NCBI RefSeq assembly: GCF_964355755.1
Contig: NC_092677.1
Span: 5,416,101 to 5,480,100, forward strand
DNA: 64,000 nucleotides
From: Antedon mediterranea
Taxonomy: Eukaryota; Animalia; Echinodermata
Direction: 5' to 3'
Below are positions 12,301 to 27,300 of the stretch, piece after piece. Both the position numbers and the translations under genes were made by a program. Under the pieces are notes generated by a model. The model ran no database searches. It saw only the letters and a program-made list of their open reading frames with translations, and was not told the origin of the DNA. Numbering within the stretch: the stretch's first letter is position 1; the number at the start of each line of letters is the position of its first letter.

Positions 12301-15300
12301 AATTGATTCTCCATGGAGAGGGAACCAACAAGATGGCGGCTGCAATCGACCAATCAGATATGCCCTACGCAGTACGCACTACTACGCCTGTGTTGAGCCT
12401 ATCTGTGTGAGAACGATATGCAACGCAGCACGTTAAGCGTATAAACGCAAACGCATTCTATATGATCCTCGTATACAAAAAATGCTAGATTACCAAGAAA
12501 TTATTAATTCTCATTATTGCGATTAACAATAATTATATTTAATTTTATAAAAACTTCACGGTGCTTTTGCAAGAATATGTGTTGTAATTTATGTGGTCAT
12601 AATGTATTATATTAGATTATTATTTTTTATATTAAATAATGTTTTTGAACACATTTACGGCTGCCATCTTGTTGGTTCCCCTCCTGTTGGAATCACTTTT
12701 TAGTCTGGAGTACGCCCTCTAGTGTTCTATTACATCTCTCTGACTTCAAGTCATTGTTTAAAGGTGTCAATAGTTACTATACATTTCATTTATATTATTA
12801 TATTTTAACACACTAAATGTATTAGCCATACCACTGATTCCATCACAAACACTTGTACCTCCTTCTGCAATTAAAATATTTCCTTTGATAATGTAAAGTA
12901 ATATTGTGTACCTACCAGCTTTGTGAAGAGTGGAGAGCTTTATTACTTATTCTTGAGTGAATGTTATTCTAGTCTGTGATTTTTTGTCATCACTTTTTTT
13001 AACCACTGTTACCATACTTTGTATGGTATCAGAAAATGTTACTGTGTAAATGTGCATAATGAAAGATCATGGAATTTGACTATATTTAATGTTTTAAACA
13101 TAAATTAAATAAATCCGTTCCCTGACTATAATATTTATTTATTTATAGATTTCAAAGGCCATACACAAATAAGTAATAAATATCATATTTTTGTTATAAT
13201 ATAAAATTATTATTACCAACCATTATTACATAAACTGATTTTATATTGATGTTAACTTATGCCAGTAGTATAGATAGATTTATGTGAAAATCCAGGGACA
13301 ATCACATAAGCCCAATTCCAGATGTGGTGTACTAGAAAATTTATCTAATACTATCTCACATTAGATACCAAATTTATTCGAATAAATGTCCATCCACCCA
13401 TCCCACTTTCAATATTAATCTTACTCGGAATTAAGGAGCATAAAAGGCACTTTCTGTGGAAACATAATAAAGTGAGTATAAACACTGGTTGTAAGGCATA
13501 TTTTAATGTCAACATTGTCAAAATGAAGGTTAACAGTAAGTATAATTTCAATTCACGGAACAAAAATGAAAAACTTAAAAAACTGTTAATACTGAAACAT
13601 TATGTCTACTTCGATCAAATCAATTGAAAAAATTAGTTGCCTATTTAAACTTCATATTCATAAAAATCAGACACATAGGACCTTTTAAATTACCAAAATA
13701 CAGTTAAATAGCAATAAAAACAATTCAATGTATGGTGTACAGTAGCCTAGAATTCTATGACGTCGTATGAGTTCGTCAAAGCCTAACCGCAGATCTAACA
13801 AAGTCTGTTACGATAGCCTATCTTGGCAAGTTGAGCTCAGCGATTTTACTTTCGAATTGATTATGTTAGGAAATTAAATTTACATGTCTGGATTCAAATT
13901 ACATTTCCTTAGCAAATGGTAGAATCAGCCTAACAATTTCAAATCCTGTGAGAGCTGATTCTGGCGAGTACAACTGCAGTATAGAGGGCAGTAGACAGCA
14001 GCGTCCAGGTGTCAACAATTTGACTGTTTATTGTAAGTTTTATTTCTGAAAATGAACTTGTATAATTCTATATAAATACAGAAAAGAATCATAAAGATAA
14101 TCTAAAAAATCTATACAGCAAAAATGAAAAAAAAGTTATTTTTTATCCTGTTTTATAAACAACATTTAATATACTTAGATCAATTATACAGTAAATCATG
14201 CTTTTAACAACAATTTTCATATTCTTACTTAGTTTTCTGTCTTTGTAAAATTGAAAAAAACACCATTGACTCAGCAGAACAAGGTATACGGGAGACACTT
14301 TTATGTATGCCAAATGGTCGATTTAGACCTCTAATAATTTTCTTTTTAGATCACAAAAACAAAATAAACATTTTTTTATGGATCTTCATAATAGTTATGA
14401 TACTTTCTTTGGCTTTGTACAATGCATGACAGATTTTATTTTAGATAAGCCAACTTGAATTTGTTCTATAAATATCATTGAATCCATTGTTTGTGTAATA
14501 TTTTAAAACTATATATATATATATATTTATAAGTATTGTACAATCCAATTACTGTGGTATATGACTGTCCGGGAAACAGTGACGGATCCAGGTTATTAAA
14601 TATAGATAGGGCATCATAAAAATTATAATTTGTAAACATTTAAAATACTGAAAGATACTACACAGCTGTAATTTTTATATTTCATTTATAATTTTAAAAT
14701 TGTGTACTTCAAAATATGCAAATTTATATGTTTGAAGGGATTGAGATGGAAAATCCAGAGTACTCAATCAAAGAAGGTATCAGTAATTTTGAAATGAAGT
14801 GCAGATATAGACCATCAGATATGCCATTAACAGGTTACAAGTGGAAGAAGATTAAGGAAGATGGCACAACAGACATTGAGGATTGTTCTGAAGATGGCAG
14901 ATTTGAAGTAACAAAACAAAATAGCATTCTGTCTTTGAAGATAAAAAATGTTATACTTGGTGATTCTGGCAAATATCAATGTGAAGTGAAGCCAGTTGAT
15001 GGAGAAAAGAAGCTGGAAGATACTACACAGCTAACAGTTAAGAAACGTAATATTTTTACAGTATTTCATCTACATTTATTTTGAGAATTACTAAACAGTT
15101 CTATGCTAGCTATTAGAAACTAAACTAAACTAAACTACAATAAAAATCCAGTTATAACAAAATAACTTATAAATCCTGTAACCTACAGAGAAACAAATCA
15201 AATTAGAGCATGGTTCAGAATTTTTGAGCATTTTAAAATTGTTGTTTGCTGCTCACATTTGGTATGCCTAGAATAAAAATGTAGCATAAAGTTAGTAATG

Positions 15301-18300
15301 ATCACCTAAAAACTAATAATTCGCTGAGAATTATTCCCATCGTCGATGTACGATTTTGTACACAGCCTAAGAATGAAAGAAAATCATACGTAGGGCCTAC
15401 AAATTTTAGGAAGATACAACAATATAGTATAGCCTATATACATCATCCGTTAAATGTCTATTGTTACAAATGGAAGTGAATTGTAGTAATCCATTACCAC
15501 GTAGCTTTTCTTTTACTTGAAATATGTGCCTTTCAACCTATATCAGGGCCGTATGCAGGGGGGGGGGGGGGGGGTGCGTACGCACAACCCCCCACCCCAA
15601 ATTGCAAAAGGTCCACATTTTATAGGGTGTTAAAATAAATAAGTACTCAATATTATGAAAATGGTCCAAAATATATTAAAAAAATAAAATCCTGCGTACG
15701 GCCTTGTATATCGACTCACCTCTCAATGATGTACAGTTTCAGCTTTTATAATCTTGAATGACGCCCTCTTCCATATTTGATAGCCTTTTGATCCAGAGAT
15801 AATTTTTTTATTATAATAAGTCATAATTCAGTAAATATTTAGTTTAAAACTTTACATATAGCCCATGACCATCTCCGTAGCAAAATGGATGTTGGGTGTA
15901 AAATTCAGACGAATCGGATGTCGCACGGCAGCGTACATAGCGGATACACTTTTTGTGTTTGCCTTTTATAGATAGATACCGTAGATATATTCTATATGAG
16001 ACATAATAGGCAAAGATCAGCACTATAAAGCGTTTGCATCAGGTTATAGATATGGCATATATCGACTGCACTCAAATTCAATACTAATTGTAGTGTAACA
16101 AAGATAATGCTACATTTTTTTTATTCATTGACATTTTTGGTGATAAAATAAAATTGTTCTGTTAGTATTAGTAATATCTATTTATATTTTTCATTTATTT
16201 GCAACCAGATGATGTGCAAGTACTGTTTTGAGGTGCGATAAAATTGTTTTGTTATAAATTGTTTATGATATTTGTAGGTCCTATTACTGCCATTATCGGT
16301 GAACATGGGGTTAGATTGCCGTTCAGCTTTAATGTTGATGATGGTTCTGCTGAATTATCCAATATCACATTGTATAAAAAGCCTGTTGAAGGTGATAAAA
16401 AGGAGAAGCTGGCATCATTGCAGTCACCTGATCCAAAATCACGCTATCAATGTGGATTTGAGGATAAGAACAATGCGTACCTTGAGATCAGAAATGTTGT
16501 GCCTGGAGATGCAGGAGAATACATATGTGAACAGGAAGTTGAAGGAAGACAGAAAAACAGTCAATCTGCAACTTTAATAATTAAAGGTACAGTGATATCT
16601 AAATAGATTTCAGTGCTGGAATTAAATACTTAATTTTTGTTAAAAATACAAAAAAATCTGTTATAGTGGAGTCTGTTTTTGTTCATTAAGTTTTGTATAT
16701 AGGTTGCCCACCATCTACGAATTCAATTTTTGATGGGCGCCAAGCAAAATTACCCCTTGGGTCACCTAATTTGCATTTTCGTTTAAACACTCTATATCTC
16801 TGAAACTACTGGTCATAGAGAGTTGATGTTCAGAACATTCCTATTTACTCTAATGAAGAATTTTTGAAAAAAAATGACCGGAAGTACCAGTTTTAACCTT
16901 TGACCCATATTTTAAGGCATTGCCATATCTCAGTAAATGTTGTCACAGACAGGTTATTTTGGTGTCAAATTATTCAAAATATATATGTTACTATTTAGTT
17001 TAATGAAAAATGTCATCCAAAAATGCCCGGAAGTACGTAGTTTTGCATTTGACCTTTGACCTGTTTTTTTCAGGCAGATTGCCATATCTCATTATTGGGT
17101 TGGCGTGGAAGTTTTAGTGTCAGTTTGTTCAGAATATACAGTATATGTTTCTATTCTGCTTAATAGAAGATTTATCAAAAAAATGTCAGGAAGTACAGTT
17201 ACTGTATTGCCTGTTACATACATAAAATTCTAAATTTGCTCAAGTTAACTGTATATTTATATTATTTTGCAATCCATTTTTGAGCACTTGTCGAAGATGG
17301 CTACTTGCATGTGCAATTGAACGAGGTATACTGAATGAAGTTGAATAGATTGTCCTACCGTATTTGTAGTGAGTCTAGAGTAACGCAAATGAGAGAAAAT
17401 TGTATAGACAAAATATACCCAATCTCATTCTCATCTAATCGAGTACTTAAATGAAGTCTTCTAGCAATAATGTGTACTGATGAAATCCATTCAAGTTTTG
17501 TTTTGGAAAGTTAGTGTTTCCATCACTTGTGTTTGTTTGGTTGTTACATTCAGGGTAATTGTCCTATATTGCATTGCTTCGCTGAGTATCAGATGTTTTT
17601 GACATCCTTGTACATAAGAAGCTTTCAATGTTTAAATATTCCGACAAACAATAAACACTGATTTAAAGTCTAGGAATGCAATGTATAGTTCAGAATGTGT
17701 CTTTCTACTATGCTTGTTTACCATCTAATATTTAATTTATTTTTAGATTTGTTGAACGACAGTGCAGTGTTGTCTGTTGAAGGAGGAGAAGCTATGATTC
17801 GTTTTAATATGCCACAATTAGCATTACCACAGCAAATAGAAATTGTTTTTGACAAATCTGAATCTAAAGAATGGAAACAAGTTGCTGATAATGGTTCAAC
17901 AAGTTTAGGCAGATATCAACTAAAATATAGTAACACAAATCACACTGGTTTTCTTGAAATTTCTAACGTTCAACCTTCTGATGCTGGTGAATATCGTTGC
18001 TGTGTTACAAAGGGGAAAGAAACTTATACAGCAACATGTGAACTACAGGTTATTGAAGGCAGTAAGTATCTTAGAATAGTCACATTTAATCAATAATTTT
18101 TTTTTCAACTAGCAGTATAAACAGTTTCCAGCCAAAAGTCATGTAATTTTAAAATTACAATTTAGTCATGAAAAACATTGGTTTGTTCAAGGTCAGTTAA
18201 AAATTGACGTTTAGACCAATGATATAAGAACTAACTATTATTATTGTTTTATAGATAGTGTTGAAGTTACATACAAATTAATATCTAGCCATAAATTGTA

Positions 18301-21300
18301 CTTTTATCGATGGTAGTTTTTTAAAAATGCTTTGTTTTTTGGTTATTCGCAATTGTTAGCAACATAATACATGTATATTGTTATTATAAATTGACAATGT
18401 ATCAAATCAAACATAAAATGATTTATTTATCTGCTTATCCGTTTGCAATAAAAATTGATATTTAAATCCCATTTATTAACTATAACTTAAGATTTACAGG
18501 GCCTAGCCATCATGAGGCAGACGATCAGGCACTTGCCTTGTCTTAAATTTCAATTTTCACCACCCACCTCAATTTCCCAGCAGAGATCGTCATATTTTAT
18601 ATTAATACTTAAATTTTAAAGCATCTTTGCCTCGTCTGTTTTTAACCTCTCACTACGGTCTTGTTTGGTTTGACTTTGGCTATCAAACAACAGGACACTG
18701 AGCTTGTCTTTCCAAGATAGGCTATTGTAACAGACTTTGATCTGCGGTTAGGCTTCATCGAATTCATACAAATCCCTCGAATTCTAGGCTGTACACCATA
18801 TACGTCAAATTATTTTTATTGCTATTTAATTGTGTTTTGGTACTTAAGGTCCCATGTGTTTAATTTTTAAAATTTAATTTGATGGAATTATCAGTTTTAT
18901 AAATTGTTCATTGTTCATGCTGTTGATTGAATTTATTGTGTACTGTTAACCTTCATTTTGACAATGTTCATATTAATTCAAGGCAAAATGATGTGTATAC
19001 TCACTAATGGCGTTCACATCGAACTATGGCTAGTTAATTTAACTAGATTATCTGTATGATCTCGCCATAATTTGGATGTGAACGCTCAATTATGTCCGGA
19101 TGATGGTTTTTTTCTGGAAAATTATTGCTGCTTGAAGGATAGCCAGTTATTTTATGACTTAGGGTAATCCAATTAACAACCCAGCAGGTGGCCTTCAGCC
19201 TCATTTGCACCAATGAGATTGAAGAATTTTTGAACCCAATTGACCATTATTATGGTCATTTTAATATTTAACATTTGAATTGCAAAGAATATGCTTATTC
19301 TTCTTCATTGTGTACCCCATAAAATGTCCTAAAAATTAAATGAACTATATCTGACGAGGACAGAGGTCAATAGAAGATAAGAATAGAGTAGAATACAAAA
19401 GACAGAAAGTAAAATGACCAATTGTTTGTAATCAAAAGTTAAAAGTAAACAACATACAGGATAAATAAAAAAAAGAGATGATTTTATACATAAAATAGTA
19501 TTTAAAATCTCCAATACCAGGTTTTTATGAAATTGAATTAACTAGACATAATTGTACCAAAGTACGGGATTTGTCAAGGTTAGTCCAATTAGTAGAAAAT
19601 TGTTAAATCCACTTCTTCTAGACATAGTTCCATGTGAACCCCACTGTAACTGTATTGTTATGTTTTTTTGTAGCTATGACACTGGATGATTGTATTGTGA
19701 AACTAGGAGATAAAGCTGTTTTAACTTGTAAGTATGGACCTGAGACGCTGGGGAAAGTCCCTGTTAATTGGTATAAGAAGACTGTTGATGGAAACAAGAT
19801 GATATTTACTTCTGATGAATCACAACAGAAGAAGACAAAAAAAGTGTCTGAAAGATACAAAGCAACTTATAATGATAATGAAACAAGTTTGGAGTTTGAG
19901 AAAGTGTCAATGATTGATGCTGGAGAGTACAGATGTGAATTTAAGGCCACAAAAGGAATCATTGGCAAATCAGCACAATTGTGTGTATACTGTAAGTACA
20001 TTTTAAAATATCTATTTTTCCATGAAACTAAAGTTGAGTGTATTTAAATAATTAGTATGAACTAAAGCATGTGATCTAAATGCTCATTTTACCCTAAAGC
20101 ACCGGAAGTCATTTTAAAGTAATTTAATTTTGATTACTTATGGTGTGAAACATTTAGTAATATTTAATGTTTTTTTTTTTTTTTTCAATAGTTGACGTGT
20201 TTACTGCTGAACCAGGTAACACATATAGGTAATGTAAATGTTTTATTTGGATCTCATAATCTGAAACATAAATTGTGAAACAAGCAGCATCAAATCATCA
20301 CAATTTTTGTTCTTTTGTTTTGCCATTTATACATATTTGTATGTTCTTGAATATCAGTTATTTTGTAAATTCATCTCATTTTTAATTAAGTTTTTGTGTA
20401 TATTTTTTTCTCTTATTTCACAGACGTCCTACTGTAGTCTTTACAAAGACTCATATTCTTGTATTTTGTGTGCAAAACAACTCAAATGTAACAATGAAGA
20501 AAAGAGAATTGAATGTAAAGAGTGAGACTGAATGGGAAAAACCAATACAGATTTTACATGAAAAGAATACAAGGTATTGGTATAATATTCCCTGAGAAGA
20601 TATGACAATAAATAATTCAAATTAAAAATTAAATTGAATATATTCCATTGCCCAGTCAATTGTGTGTATAGTACAATATCAAAATTTAAATATTTTTTAA
20701 AAGAGAGAAAACAATTACAGATATTATCTAAACTTGGTAAAACTGATCTTTAGATTGCTTGATCAATTTATTTTTTAAAATAAATTTTGTTTACAATAAC
20801 CGTTGAATTTGTTCTGTTTATTATCTATTTACTCTACAGCTTACATAATCCAGTACCAATTGTGACAAAAACAGGAGGACAGGTGATTCTAATATGCCTT
20901 GCACAAGATAATAACACACAAAAGAGAAGGATAATGAAGATGGATAGTAAGGATAATGGAAAGACTTGGATAAAATCACCATTTAACAGATATTCTGGGG
21001 ATGAAATAGACATTCTAAGTAATTATAAATTAGATTTGTATTATGTTGTTTAAAGTTGTATATAGTCATGCGTCATGACGTGCATATATTCTTTTTGATG
21101 TACAGTATGCCATCCTATGACCTGATGCATATATGCTTATACAGTAGTAATGAACTTGTAGAGAATATACACAGTATACACTATATCAATATAGTGTAGT
21201 ATACTGTAGGTGAATTTACAGGACCCAAATATGTTCTTTTTTCTTTTTTTGGTATGATGACCTTATACCTAGTTTATTGCCTAGTGTGTAAACATTATTG

Positions 21301-24300
21301 ACATAATTTCATTAAACATCGACACAGTACAACTCTTCTTAACAACATTTTTTCAATCTTCTATCAACTAAAAGTCGTAGTTAGTCACGCCTCGGGTCAC
21401 ATTCTATGGTCACCGTACAGATAGGCTACTACATCAGTACTTCTATGAATGGATGGCTAGTTGGTGACAAGAACGCTAGTTGGTCATACCCAGTACCGTT
21501 TTGATTTTACGATCATTCGGGAAACCACCTCACGATATTATAAAAATTAACAAGAAGATGACCATTTTAAATTTGTATAACTTTGACAGAAGAGATGAAA
21601 AAACTGCCTTTTAAATTCAACTGGCCATTTTATAACGTCACAACATCTGATAGGCACAATTTTTATATGAATTCATCAAGGTCACCTTTAATTCTGAAGA
21701 GCTATATGTTAAAATATACAGTGTAGGTGATATTACACGATCCAAGTTATTTAGATTGTTAGGTGTGATAAATTCATCAAAATGAAAATAGTGGTGAACT
21801 GAAGTTTTCATGTAATTGGTAAACAAAATCTCTAGGTAGTGATCATTTTATTTATTCTAAATGTTCACCTAACAAGTAATTACATTGTGTTTTTCAGGCC
21901 TGGGTGGTGGTGTGTGCTTAGATTCAGGAAAAATGGTTGTTGCAGGAGTTTGCAAGATAGACAATGAGAGTAAGAATATTATTAAGAGATACTTTCACTA
22001 CTAACTTTGACAGTTGTCATTTTATTTCCCTATTGTTTTTAACATTTGCGCTTTTTTGTCATGACTGAACATATTCTCACATATTCAAATATAAATTATT
22101 TTCCAATCTTTTTTAAATGCATTTGCTTGACTCATCCTCTTGCCCAACTGTAATAAACTAGAAATAAGTAGGTCCCATTATTGATGATTGCTATTAAAAA
22201 TAGTTATTGTTTAATTTAGTCCTCATATACATTTTCTTGTATACACTTTAAAGCCTCATTCCCTAGGTTTTTTAGAACTAATTTAAGGTCACAAACTACA
22301 GTACATTGAATGTAAAAATAAATACTATATGGTCCTATTGCGATAACTAATTGTGAAAAATAAGTCTATTCTAATCATTTAAGCGGCTCACTATAAATCC
22401 CAAGATGCATTGCATGCGGATTGATATTTTCATTTTTCTTCTGTGGTTCACCCACTCGATCGGACGTTAAGGCCAAAACAAAGTAAAGAATCGTAACTTT
22501 TCAGCGAAAATACCGTATTTTCCCCAATTTGTATCACCGAATTTTGGCAAAAACATAAAATAACATCAGACTAGGCCTATAGCTGGCTTACGATGTTCGT
22601 AAAGTTACTGCTGTTTACCAGCTAGTCAGACAAAACTAGGCCTATCTAGGCTAGGCCTAAAGATTGTCCAGGGGAGGATGAAGGCCTCAGCATGCAGTCT
22701 CCAATGCCATCTGTCTTTCGTCTTGCTGTACCAATTGGTACTGCTCCAATATTGTTGGAGTTGTCTCTCCAACGCTTTCTTTGTCTCTGCTTCGCTTTGC
22801 TTTCCCGTCATTGGTGTCCACATTGTTAAGGCTTCACTCCAGCTGTTATCCTCTCTTCTAGACACATGACTTGCCCATGTCCACTTTTTTCTTTTCACAG
22901 TTTCAAGTTTGTCTTGAGTATCAGTTTTCTCTCCTTCTCCATTTATTGGTGTTCCTATCTTTGTAGGTGATGTTCAGCATACTCCTTTCCATATTGTGTT
23001 GTGCTGCTGCTAGTTTTTTTTTTTTCTCCCCTTTTTTGCTCATTGTCCAGGTTTCTGCTACATATGTCATTGTGGGGAGAATGCATTGGTCAAATATCTT
23101 CTTTTTTAAACATATTGGAAGATTCCCTTTCATTATTTCGCTATGTCAAAACAAATGTATCAAAACAAGATCCTTTGCTAAGGTGTTTGAGTCTTTTATT
23201 GCCAAATGGATTATCGAGGGCATTAGTGAAAAACTGGATGCTAAGTAGTATGATAATACTAAAGGTTCATTACTGTACATTACATCATAGATATGTTAAA
23301 TTTCTTGAAGCCTTGAAGCCAAAACAATCTGTTACTAAGGCTTTCGACAGAGTTAATCATACAATTATCATAAACAAATTAATTAAACTTGGCGTCAGGT
23401 TTTCCATCGTTCCCCTCATCTGCAGTTTATGTGGAAGAACCCACAATACTAAACTTGAAAAACATCTCTCACCAAATCAATATGTTAAGTACCGTAGGGA
23501 ACCAAATTGGGACCCATCTTATTCTTAGTTTTAGTTAATGATGCGGCCACTGAAAGTCACAGGGGCCAAATTTTTGGATGACCTGACGCTAGGGGAAGTA
23601 CCAAATGTGGGGCTCCCTCTGATTTCCAGAGTAATATCAATAGTGTCAGTGAGTACATCAAATGATGTTGTACCAAAACCAGCCAAATGCCAAATTATTG
23701 AATTCAATTTTTCAAAGCAACGGCAGATTAATTTAGCCTATAATATCAATAATTTTGACCTTCCAATAGTTAAGGAGTTAAAGATACTTGGTGTAAAAAT
23801 TGGGGTTCCAATGTTAATGATATAGCATCAAGAGCCTCGCGCACCAATCGGTGATCTGATTATGGGTTTTATATCATACCTGTATCAGACCTGTTCTGGA
23901 ATATGCCCAGGTTTGGCATTCATATTTAAGTGTACAACAATCCAATAAAATAGAAAGAATTCAGAAGCGAACTTTAAGAATAATTCTAGGCCCGGGTTAT
24001 GTTAACCTTAGAATTTGCCTTAGAATATGTGGTTTGCCTCCGTATCCGTAGAGAACATCTTTTTCTTAAGTTTGGCAAGAGCCTTTTAAAGTCCATAATA
24101 TTTAGGGATATGTTACCTCAATATACCCAGCTAACAATTTTACGTTGAAAAAACATTATAAAAACATATCCATTTGGTTTTGAAAACGTTTAAACCATAT
24201 GTTTTAAAAACGTGAATTTGTGAAGTTTTGCGAGCATTAAAATAACATATTTTAGAATATTGTAACAAAAATACAAGGTTTCAAAAACGTATTTGTTTGA

Positions 24301-27300
24301 TTTTGAAAAAGTTGTAATTATACGTTTTAATAACATGAAGTTTTGCGAACGTTAAGAAAACGTTTTATTGAAACGATTTAAAAACGATTTTTAAACGTAT
24401 AAATAATGCAATATTTTTCCAATAAAATGTTAAAAAATATGTTTGTGAAGTTTTGAAAACGTTTAAAAAAAATATAAAAACGTCTTTGTGTTAAATAATC
24501 TTTAATTTTATTTTTTTTAAACGTCATAAACAGGTTTCCTTTATCTTGTCGCTGTACATGACTTCAAACGCATAAGTGTTTTTAATCACCAATTTAATGA
24601 ATACATCGATAATCAAAATATTATAATTCTGCACAATCTGTAGACGTTCTTTGCCTCTTTTATATGTTATGTTGTTAATGTTTCACATCAATATTTTGTC
24701 TAAAACAAAGCTTAACAAATCGGCTAAGGAATAATTGACAATTAAGTCATTGTTTTAACTTAACTTAACCATTGTCGGTTCCCTTTATGTTTTAGAAGAC
24801 TAGACGTACAGTGTAATGTTGTCACCTACAGTACATCTCCTACATGAAAGAAAATTTTAACAAATATGAATGAGTAATAATCAAAGTAATGGGAAAGTTA
24901 AGTCATCCACATCATGTTCGGAACAAATGTAATCGCGACATTTAATGAATAATAATAATAACAATGCAGATTTCTAGAGCGCGTACATCATTGTCTCAAG
25001 GGTCTATTCTATTGATTTGTGGCTCTGGTCATGATTTTGTTCCACTGTAGATTGGAATAAACAATAATATTATTCAACTCTTATTATGAAGCTATAATAA
25101 GTGTAACCAATAACTGGTTTAATTTGAACTATCCAGACATTTTCAGAATAGCGTGATAATGATGTAGTCTAAACTTACTTTTTATACTATACGATATGAG
25201 GAAAGTTTATTGCAATTTCAAAATACATTAAAATTGAAGTTTAACAAAAATAAATATGCAAAAATATATAAATCGTAGGCATACAAATATAAGTAATTTT
25301 TAGAAAAATACATGTACATTTAAGCAAAATACTATATAGGCCTACAAGACTGGACATTATAATTAGAAAAGGACAAAATTAAAAACGACAAAATACAAAA
25401 TAAAAACTCTTAATAAAAACTCTTGTCAGAAAGGACACCCTTCTAAATAGAAGAGGTTTTTTCCTCGCCTCAACTAAACAAAACTCAAAAAAGAAAATAA
25501 TCATCTATAAATAACAAAAATTATAATTTTAAATACACATATTATCTTTAATAGAAATAAAATGTAGAGCCTACCAAACCATGTGCCTTGTCAGATGTAG
25601 TGAAATACAATATACTTAACTTAGGTAGGCCAGTAATAGCCACTACACCATTGTTTGTATTCCACACTCATGAGGTCATTTAGTTTCAGTTTAGGCCTGC
25701 ATGCACATTATAACGTTTAAAAATCGTTTTTTATACTTTTTAAATTAAATAGAATTACAATGAGAATTGTTGCAAATATAGTTACAATAATTATGTAACC
25801 GTTTTTTCCTTACAATGAAATAGTACATTTCAAAATGTTACAATTAATCTGCATTGAAAATGCAATTTAAACCATCGTTAATAAACCGTTAAAATTTTTT
25901 TGCGAGTTGCATATTTTACAGTATTAGAACATTGGCTTATTATCAATATTTTAGCATTGGCCTGTAGCGTTTTTGTTATTTTTTTGTAGTTTTATTGTCT
26001 TTATTATGTAAAATGAATTTCAATTTTAAGTGGACGAATAAAATTTCTTGAATCTTAAATCTTGAAATTATACAAAGATAATTGTTGGTGATGTTGCTTT
26101 GTAGAAAGACTATTTGTAATGACAAAAACTGATGATAGTGATTTCTGGGATACAATTACTATTCCTATACCAGCAGCTGCTACCTTAGGAGAACATACAA
26201 AAGTAAGACTTTTTTTTACTAAATTTTACTTAAAGACTAAAAGAAGTCTATCATATTGGATTGTTATTGATAAAACTTTTTTGACATTTTCTATTTAGTT
26301 TTATTTGCTTCCATTTGTAAGCTGAGTGAATATACAATGAAAGTATAAAATAACTCTACTGTAAAGGGTCTTTCACACCTGTTTCGGCACGGTTCCGGTC
26401 CGGCGCCGGAAAATCCAATCGAACTTCAATGTTGCATTTTCACGCGGCTATGCGCCACTCGATATATATATGGAGCGTCGTGAAAACGAAAAATTGATGT
26501 TCGATTCGCCAGACCGGAACCGTGCCGGAATAGGTGTGAAGGGTCTTTCAGGCAAGTAAAACATCAATATTACAAATTTAAAAACTCTTCGTGCACACAC
26601 TTCCCAAAAACGATTTTTTTATATGTTTGTGTATGCCTCCATGAACTGTAACTCTCATTGGATACCTCTCAGTAGACTTGTAGAAACGAGGTTGAACTGT
26701 TTACATGATTTAGTTCTCATGTTCTAAATGCACCTTTGTCATACAATGTGATTTTGTTTATTAGGTTGTTGAATATTCTAAGGACAAAGTTTACATCAGC
26801 TGTTCATTGGAGGATGGTAGTAAGCGGTTACATGCATACAGCAATGATGGATGTAAAACATTTGGAAATATTGAGAATGCAAATCCAAAATGCGAGGTAT
26901 CCACAATATGTCAGTTTGTATCAGCTGGAAGCTAAATTAAATGTTGTATAATACATACATAATTATTTATTAATACCAATCATTCAAATACAGTATAACT
27001 ACCGTCCTAGAGTAAATTTAATTAATTAACTCAAATAATAAAATAAACATTTTATTTAATGAAAGTAATTACATTGATGAAGTAGAAATACTGACATATT
27101 TGTATACATACAGTATATACAGAACACAACCCCAGGTATACATCAGATATATCATATTTTAATCCAAATTGTGTTAAGGGTACCCTAAATTAAGAAAAAA
27201 ACATGTGTACAGTTTGTTTAGTCTCAAATCAATCTTTTGAAAGTGTAAAATATTATTTAAAAAAAATCAAGAACTAACCTACTTCAATCAAATTTTGTCA

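Noticed and set aside
14651-14700. Short copy of the end of exon 14738-15046 (aagatactacacagct)
   Set aside because: Too short to code. At most a scar of a local duplication.
19634-19673. Apparent signal peptides at the start of Ig ORFs (also 16244, 17695, 20787)
   Set aside because: These are translated polypyrimidine tracts upstream of AG acceptors, not coding sequence.
20192-20215. Shorter exon using the donor at 20215
   Set aside because: It leads to a stop in the next exon. The 20228 donor keeps the frame and restores the YRxP sialidase motif.
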